DNA of 47,007 nucleotides from an uncultured Bacilli bacterium (GTDB lineage Bacteria; Bacillota_I; Bacilli_A; RF39; UBA660): NCBI GenBank assembly GCA_944363735.1, contig CALVVB010000004.1, positions 1 to 47,007 of the forward strand, read 5' to 3'. Shown piece by piece: positions 40,774 to 47,007 of this stretch (position 1 is its first letter; each line of letters starts with the position of its first letter). The notes under the pieces were generated by a model. It saw only the letters and a program-made list of their open reading frames with translations, ran no database searches and was not told where the DNA came from. The position numbers and the translations under genes were made by a program.

Positions 40774-41580
40774 TTAAATATGTAACTTACTATTATCTAA
40801 TTCATTTTCTTTACCTAGTAATAAGTTTTCAAAAAACATAACTAAATAACTTTTATCTTCTTTAATACCTTTATTATAATTTATGTAATTCGCTCTTACT
40901 AAAGCGTTTCTAAAATATAGAGAATTATCTTTAAATAGTTCATTATTAACATTAAAGCCCATACTTATTAAATATTTTTGAATGAAGATAGAAGTTGTTC
41001 TGGTATTACCTTCACTGAATGGATGTACTTGCCAAATCCTTGAGGTAAACTCTGCTATTCTATTAATTAACTCACTTTCATTCATATTAATATAATCTAT
41101 ATTTTTCTCTTCAAGAAAATCATATTTTAAAGACTCTTCTATTAAGTCATAAGATTGATAACTTACTGTATCATTATCTAATATTTCTTCATCTTTAGTG
41201 ATGTTATAAGTTCTAAATTCTCCAGGATGATATATATCTTTATCAAGGTTTTGAAATAATCTTTTATGATAGTTCTTATAAGTTAGATAATCAAATCTAA
41301 AAGATTTATCACTTAATATCTCATAGATAGCAAGTGATACTTCATCAGCTTCTTTTTCACTATTAGATACATTATTATCTTTAGAATAGTATGATGTTAT
41401 ATCATCTTTAACTTCTTTATATGTCTTTTTACCATCAATATGTTCATTAGTTAACTCTACCATATATTTAGATGGTTTTAATCTATCAACTTCTTGTAAT
41501 CCAAAAGCAATATTCCAATATAATTGTTTAACTTTAGGACTTTTTTCATCAAGTACTTCATTATAAGTTTTTTCGTTCAT
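40774..41580 (-). CDS. Fic family protein with N-terminal VbhA-like region
   Basis: HPFSEGNTRT motif; N-terminal AFGLQEVD.L.PS. Confidence 0.88.
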   Translation of the reverse strand: MNEKTYNEVLDEKSPKVKQLYWNIAFGLQEVDRLKPSKYMVELTNEHIDGKKTYKEVKDDITSYYSKDNNVSNSEKEADEVSLAIYEILSDKSFRFDYLTYKNYHKRLFQNLDKDIYHPGEFRTYNITKDEEILDNDTVSYQSYDLIEESLKYDFLEEKNIDYINMNESELINRIAEFTSRIWQVHPFSEGNTRTTSIFIQKYLISMGFNVNNELFKDNSLYFRNALVRANYINYNKGIKEDKSYLVMFFENLLLGKENELDNSKLHI

Positions 41581-41682
41581 GGTATCACTTCCCTATATCA
41601 ATTTATTAAATATAGAATATCATAATTTATACAAATATACTAGTTCATTTTATTTGTTTTTAAAAGAAAAAAGTACTAAGAG

Positions 41683-42108
41683 TTATCCTAATACTTTACT
41701 TCTTCCTCTACTTGCATAGTCTTCTAATTGTTCTTTGGTTAAATTTCCAGTATTTAAAATGCTTATTTCTTTATCAGAACCTTTAGTAATCTCCTCTTTA
41801 TGTACTAAAAAATATTTTAATTTTTTTAAAGTATCTATTTTATCTTGATACATAAGTAATGAAACTCCAATAGGGATACCACTAAATCCTGCTCCCAAAC
41901 CAATACTATCCATAATAAAATCAATTACTGTATTTGGATTACCTAATTTATATCCTATAAATGCTCCTATTGGGAAAGCTATAGCAGCAGCAGGATATCC
42001 TCTTTTTAAAAAATATTTTTCTCCCATTTCTTTTTCATAGGTTTGAAGATTTGTAATTCTTACCTTATGTTCCATTCTTTTTACTTCTTCATTTCTTCTT
42101 TTATACAT
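41683..42108 (-). CDS. Hypothetical two-TM membrane protein
   Basis: Two Gly-rich hydrophobic segments; paralog at 40318-40758. Confidence 0.75.
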   Translation of the reverse strand: MYKRRNEEVKRMEHKVRITNLQTYEKEMGEKYFLKRGYPAAAIAFPIGAFIGYKLGNPNTVIDFIMDSIGLGAGFSGIPIGVSLLMYQDKIDTLKKLKYFLVHKEEITKGSDKEISILNTGNLTKEQLEDYASRGRSKVLG

Positions 42109-42183
42109 ATAAATTTCCCCCTTGTTAAATTTACTGAAATTATATAAAAAACACTTGATTTTGTCAATGTATATAGAACAAAA

Positions 42184-42891
42184 TCAAGCATTTCCGAATC
42201 TTCTATTTCTCTTTCTATAACAATCAAGTGATTTCTCTAAACATTTAATATCATAATCAGGAAAATAAGTATCTGGAAAATCATATTCAGTATAACTTGA
42301 TTGATATATCATAAAATTACTAATTCTTTTTTCTCCGCTTGTTCTAATAACAAAATCAAGTGGTGGTAAGTCTTGATATAAATTTCTACTTACAACTTCT
42401 TTTGTAATATCTTCTATATTTAAAGAACCATCTAATACTTGCTTGGCAATTTTTTTAGTCATATCAACTATTTCACAATCACCACCATAGTTAAGACAAA
42501 TATTTAGTATTCCTTTTGTATTATTTTTAGTATCATTAGTAATTTTATCCATACTGTCAATTACACTTTTAGGAAGATTTTCACGTCTTCCTGAAAATAC
42601 TACTTTAACATCATTTTTCTTTATAGATTCTAACTTACTATTGAAAAGTGTTACAAACAGTTTCATTAAGTAATCAACTTCACTTTTTTCACGCTTAAAG
42701 TTTTCAGTAGAAAAGGCATATAAGGACACAACTTTAATAGAAGTATTTTTATAAATATAATCAAGAAGATTAATTAGATTATCTGCACCTGCTTTATGTC
42801 CTGCACTTCTATTTAGGCCTCGCTCTTTAGCCCATCTACCATTACCATCCATAATAATTCCTAAATGATTAGGATATACTACATCACTCAT
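42184..42891 (-). CDS. uppS: Undecaprenyl diphosphate synthase
   Basis: HLGIIMDGNGRWA, YAFSTEN, IRTSGEKRISNF. Confidence 0.96.
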   Translation of the reverse strand: MSDVVYPNHLGIIMDGNGRWAKERGLNRSAGHKAGADNLINLLDYIYKNTSIKVVSLYAFSTENFKREKSEVDYLMKLFVTLFNSKLESIKKNDVKVVFSGRRENLPKSVIDSMDKITNDTKNNTKGILNICLNYGGDCEIVDMTKKIAKQVLDGSLNIEDITKEVVSRNLYQDLPPLDFVIRTSGEKRISNFMIYQSSYTEYDFPDTYFPDYDIKCLEKSLDCYRKRNRRFGNA

Positions 42892-42893
42892 AA

Positions 42894-45800
42894 TTACTCC
42901 TTATTTTTATTTGTTAAGTCATTATAATATTCATAACTTTCTTTAGCGTTATTTTCATTTTCTAGAAGTAAATTATCTGCTTCATCACTATTTATAATTT
43001 TTAATGATTTATATCTATCTTCACTATTTAAATATTCTTGATACTTATTAAAGTCACTTTTAGCATCCATTTTAAATTCTTTAGTATCTGGATTATAATG
43101 GAAAATTGGAAAATATCCACTACTTGTTGCTTGTTTCTCTTCATCAATAGAGTTACTCATTCCTTTTAGTATACCCCAAGCGATACATGGAGAGTATGCA
43201 ACTATTAGACTTGGTCCATTATATTTTTCTGCTTCTAACATTACTTTAACTGTACTTGCAGGATTAGCTCCTAAAGATATAGCCCCTACATAGACATCAG
43301 AATTAGTTAAAGCTATTTTTAATAAATCTTTCTTGGTTGTCTTTTTACCAGTTGATGCAAATTTTGCCACTGATCCTGCCCTAGTAGACTTACTAGCTTG
43401 TCCTCCAGTATTAGAGTAAACTTCTGTATCAAGAACTAAAATATTGACATTTTCTCCACTGTTTAGAACATGGTCTATTCCGTTATATCCTATATCATAA
43501 GCCCAACCATCTCCTCCTACAGCCCATAAAGAAATAGGCATAATATATTTCTTTAGAGATTTTAAAGCTTTAATCTTAGTATGAGGAATAACAGAAAGTA
43601 AAGCTTTAGCAGTATCTACATTAACATCATTAACATAATCTAAATAAATATCTTTTTCTTCTTCATCAACTTTAGAGATATTTTCATTTATAATATTCTT
43701 TAATTGGTTTTTCTTAACTTCATCAGCTATTTTCATTCCAAAGCCAAACTCTGCATTATCTTCAAATAAGGAGTTAGCCCAAGGAACACTATATGGAGTT
43801 GAAGGACTAGATGCACCATAAATAGATGAACATCCTGTTGCATTGGCAATTACAAGTCTATCTCCAAATAATTGTGTTAATAGCTTTAGATAAGGTGTCT
43901 CCCCACAACCAGCACAAGCACCACTAAACTCAAATCTAGGTCTTTTAAACTGGCTACCTTTAACAGTACTAACACTCATAACATCTTTCTCAGTTACTTC
44001 ATTAAATAAGTATTCTGTCTCTTTTAAAGTAATATCATTTACAAGACTTTCTTTACTTACCATTTCAAGGGCTTTAACACCTTTCTTACCAGGACAAATA
44101 TTAGCACATAATCCACAACCAGTACAATCTTTATAACTGACTGAAATTGTAAATTTTAAATTATCTCCTAAATTACTATCTAAAAGTTTATCATTTAAAC
44201 TATTAGGAGCCTTTTCTACCTCATCTTTATCTAGTAAAAATGGTCTTATTACTGCATGAGGACAAACAAGGGAACATAAGTTACAACTAATACAGTTTTC
44301 ACTTTTATATTTAGGAACTACTTCACTAATATCACGTTTCTCAAGTCTAGAAAGTCCTCCATCAACAGTACCATCAGGTCTATCTAAAAAAGCACTAACA
44401 GGTAAAGTATCTCCTTCACGTTTATCAATTATATCAAACAAACTAGTTCTAACTTCACTAACAGGAATATAATCATCCATACTTTCATCTATCTTAAGTA
44501 AGTGTGTTGTATTAATAGCATTATCTACTGCTTTTTTATTTTTATCTGCTAAATTATTTCCTTTAAGTTTAAATCTATCATCAAGATTATCTTTTAACTT
44601 CTTAATAGCATAATCACTATCTAGAATATGACCAAATTTAAAGATTAAAGCTTCCATAATTGCACTTATCTTATTACCAAGTCCTTCTTTTTTAGCAATT
44701 TTATAAGCATTAACTACATAGACTTTAATATTATTATCTAGAATATACTTTTTATCTTCACTACTTATCATAGAAATAATCTCATCATCAGTTCTACTAC
44801 TATTAAGAAGAAACACTCCATTCTTTTTAATCTTATTAATAAATCTAAATTTAGTAAGATAAGTATCCTGTGTACAAACTAACAACTTAGCTTTTCCCAC
44901 ATAATAAGTAGATCTAATAGGTGTTTTAGAAAATCTTAAATGACTTAAAGTAACTCCACCTGATTTTTTAGAATCATATTGGAAATAACCTTGGACATAA
45001 GCATCTGTAGAATTTCCTGTTATTTTCATTAAATCTTTACATGCAGACACCATTCCATCACTACCATAACCATAAACAAGGAATGATGTTTGTCCTTTAT
45101 GAGGTAAATTAAACTCTTTATCATAAGGAATACTTAAGTTAGTAACATCATCATCAATTCCTATAGTAAAGTTATGATTAATAGTATCTAAATTATCATA
45201 TATTGCTTTTATCATAGATGGAGTTGTATCTTTACTAGATAATCCATATCTTCCTCCTACTACTTTAATATCTCTATCTAATGATTTAATAATGTTATCT
45301 ACATCCAAAAACAATGGTTCTCCTGTACTTCCAGCTTCTTTAGTACGATCTAATACTGCAATCATCTTAACAGTTTTAGGAATACTCTTTAAGAAATATT
45401 CTCTTGAAAAAGGTCTATATAAATGTACTTCTACTACTCCAACTTTCTCACCATTATCATTTAAATAATCTACTACTTCTTTAATAGTCTCACAAACACT
45501 ACCCATGGCAACAATTATTTTAGTAGCATCACGTCTACCATAATAATTAAATGGTGCATAATTTTTTCCTGTTATTTTATTAATTTCCTGCATGTATTCA
45601 TTAACTATGTCTGGTAATTCTAAATAATATTTATTTCTAACTTCAGTCGCTTGAAAATATATATCATCATTTTCACTAGTACCTCTAGTTACAGGATTAT
45701 CTGGGTGAAGACTTCTTTTACGAAAAGCATCAAGGGCTTTCTTATCTACTAGTTTTTTTAATTTATTAGTATCAATTACATCTATCTTTTGTAATTCATG

Positions 45801-46322
45801 ACTTGTTCTAAAACCATCAAAAACATTCATAAAAGGAACTCTACCTTTAATAGCAGATAAGTGTGCTACTCCTGTTAAATCCATTACTTCTTGAACTGAA
45901 GATGAGGCAAGTATTGCAAAACCTGTACTTCTAGCAGCATAAACATCTTGATGGTCACCAAGTATTGACAAAGCATGAGTTGCAATACTTCTTGCCGCTA
46001 CATTTATAACACAAGGAAGTAATTCTCCTGCTATTTTATACATATTAGGTATCATTAATAAAAGACCTTGACTAGCTGTATAAGTAGTAGTTAAACATCC
46101 TGCTTGAAGCGAACCATGAACCATACCAGCAGCCCCTGCTTCACTTTCCATTTCCACTACTTTAACAGGTTGATTAAAGTAATTAAGTTTTCCTTCACTT
46201 GCCCATTTATCAGTAAGTTCTGCCATAGGAGATGCAGGAGTTATTGGGTATATACCTGCAACTTCTGTAAAATTATATGAAACATAACTACAAGCTTCAT
46301 TTCCATCCATTATTTTCTTCAT
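42894..46322 (-). CDS. nifJ: Pyruvate:ferredoxin (flavodoxin) oxidoreductase
   Basis: YPITPAS, ESEAGAAG, two CxxCxxCxxxCP motifs, FSGACAGCGE, GGDGWAYDIG. Confidence 0.97.
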   Translation of the reverse strand: MKKIMDGNEACSYVSYNFTEVAGIYPITPASPMAELTDKWASEGKLNYFNQPVKVVEMESEAGAAGMVHGSLQAGCLTTTYTASQGLLLMIPNMYKIAGELLPCVINVAARSIATHALSILGDHQDVYAARSTGFAILASSSVQEVMDLTGVAHLSAIKGRVPFMNVFDGFRTSHELQKIDVIDTNKLKKLVDKKALDAFRKRSLHPDNPVTRGTSENDDIYFQATEVRNKYYLELPDIVNEYMQEINKITGKNYAPFNYYGRRDATKIIVAMGSVCETIKEVVDYLNDNGEKVGVVEVHLYRPFSREYFLKSIPKTVKMIAVLDRTKEAGSTGEPLFLDVDNIIKSLDRDIKVVGGRYGLSSKDTTPSMIKAIYDNLDTINHNFTIGIDDDVTNLSIPYDKEFNLPHKGQTSFLVYGYGSDGMVSACKDLMKITGNSTDAYVQGYFQYDSKKSGGVTLSHLRFSKTPIRSTYYVGKAKLLVCTQDTYLTKFRFINKIKKNGVFLLNSSRTDDEIISMISSEDKKYILDNNIKVYVVNAYKIAKKEGLGNKISAIMEALIFKFGHILDSDYAIKKLKDNLDDRFKLKGNNLADKNKKAVDNAINTTHLLKIDESMDDYIPVSEVRTSLFDIIDKREGDTLPVSAFLDRPDGTVDGGLSRLEKRDISEVVPKYKSENCISCNLCSLVCPHAVIRPFLLDKDEVEKAPNSLNDKLLDSNLGDNLKFTISVSYKDCTGCGLCANICPGKKGVKALEMVSKESLVNDITLKETEYLFNEVTEKDVMSVSTVKGSQFKRPRFEFSGACAGCGETPYLKLLTQLFGDRLVIANATGCSSIYGASSPSTPYSVPWANSLFEDNAEFGFGMKIADEVKKNQLKNIINENISKVDEEEKDIYLDYVNDVNVDTAKALLSVIPHTKIKALKSLKKYIMPISLWAVGGDGWAYDIGYNGIDHVLNSGENVNILVLDTEVYSNTGGQASKSTRAGSVAKFASTGKKTTKKDLLKIALTNSDVYVGAISLGANPASTVKVMLEAEKYNGPSLIVAYSPCIAWGILKGMSNSIDEEKQATSSGYFPIFHYNPDTKEFKMDAKSDFNKYQEYLNSEDRYKSLKIINSDEADNLLLENENNAKESYEYYNDLTNKNKE

Positions 46323-46471
46323 ATATTATCATCACTCTTTTCTATCGTTTCTAAATTTATTATATAATAAAATTATGTTTTTATCTATCTATTTAGAAAA
46401 AATTGTGTTATAGTATGAGTGAGAAGCGATATAATTAAAAAACATTACAATATATAGATAGGAGTAAAAAC

Positions 46472-46912
46472 ATGAATAAAATTGAAAGTTCAAAACCAGA
46501 TATTTCTGAATATGGATTTATAAGGCTTTACAGTGCTACTGTAATCTTGCAAGGTAAAAATCCTATATTTGAAAATCATGAATTAGAAAAAGATTTATTT
46601 AAGTATTATGATAAAGAAGAATACAATTTCTTTTTTGAAGATATTGTAAAAAGAGAAGATAAAATATTTAAAGATAGTAGTTATTTAGATTTAAATGCTG
46701 GTTTAGGGCAAGGATATGCTTTAGGATTATTATTACCACTACAAGGATCTAAAAATTTAAAATCTATTATTAATCTCTCTAGAGAAAATGCTAGTGAAAT
46801 ACTTTCATCATTTAATGAGAAACAGATAGTAGCAATGGAAAATCTATGTAATGAAATGACTGAAGAAAAGAACAAAATGAATAATAAAACATTTACTAAA
46901 AAATCAAGTTAA
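46472..46912 (+). CDS. Hypothetical protein
   Basis: AGGAG RBS, 146 aa, basic C-terminal tail. Confidence 0.7.
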   Translation: MNKIESSKPDISEYGFIRLYSATVILQGKNPIFENHELEKDLFKYYDKEEYNFFFEDIVKREDKIFKDSSYLDLNAGLGQGYALGLLLPLQGSKNLKSIINLSRENASEILSSFNEKQIVAMENLCNEMTEEKNKMNNKTFTKKSS

Positions 46913-46958
46913 ATTTTTGACAAAAGTTAATATCTCGACTTTGACAGTTTTATAAAGA

Positions 46959-47007
46959 CAAAATCTCTCGAACCCTTATTTTATAAGGATTTAGAGAGAT
47001 TTTTTTG
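46959..47007 (+). terminator. Long terminator-like inverted repeat
   Basis: aaaatctctc...ccttat-ttt-ataagg...gagagatttttt. Confidence 0.55.

Overview
Very AT-rich chromosome segment of a Bacillota bacterium read in the standard genetic code; gene content suggests an uncultured gut Bacilli lineage such as RF39/UBA660 (inference). It has three zones. (1) About 1-13.5 kb is a co-oriented minus-strand array of small accessory genes (serine hydrolase, Fic, MmcQ/YjbR, ABM, AAA_14-DUF4143, XRE-membrane proteins, tag, ogt, TraX, NUDIX) interspersed with truncated gene remnants. (2) 13520-23885 is a ~10.4 kb integrative mobilizable element with a tyrosine integrase, MobV relaxase, AAA_25 helicase-like protein, Xis-like HTH and an XRE repressor with three operators. 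It is bounded by a 10-bp direct repeat CTTCAGGGGG and five TTTGGTATCT arm-type repeats. It carries a PHP-ATPase (Ppl/TrlF-like) gene with a small partner and an XRE / P-loop kinase / zeta-like kinase / HAD phosphatase operon. It has inserted into the 3' end of an unannotated ~108-nt small RNA gene and supplies a replacement terminator. (3) About 24-47 kb is mostly housekeeping (recG, dacF-like, M15 peptidase, YihY, degenerate GGDEF sensor, gatCAB, U32, uppS, PFOR). This zone also holds a second putative sRNA (26975-27078) whose terminator loop is exactly complementary to the C-rich segment of the first sRNA. All product calls come from motif recognition by eye; no database search was run.
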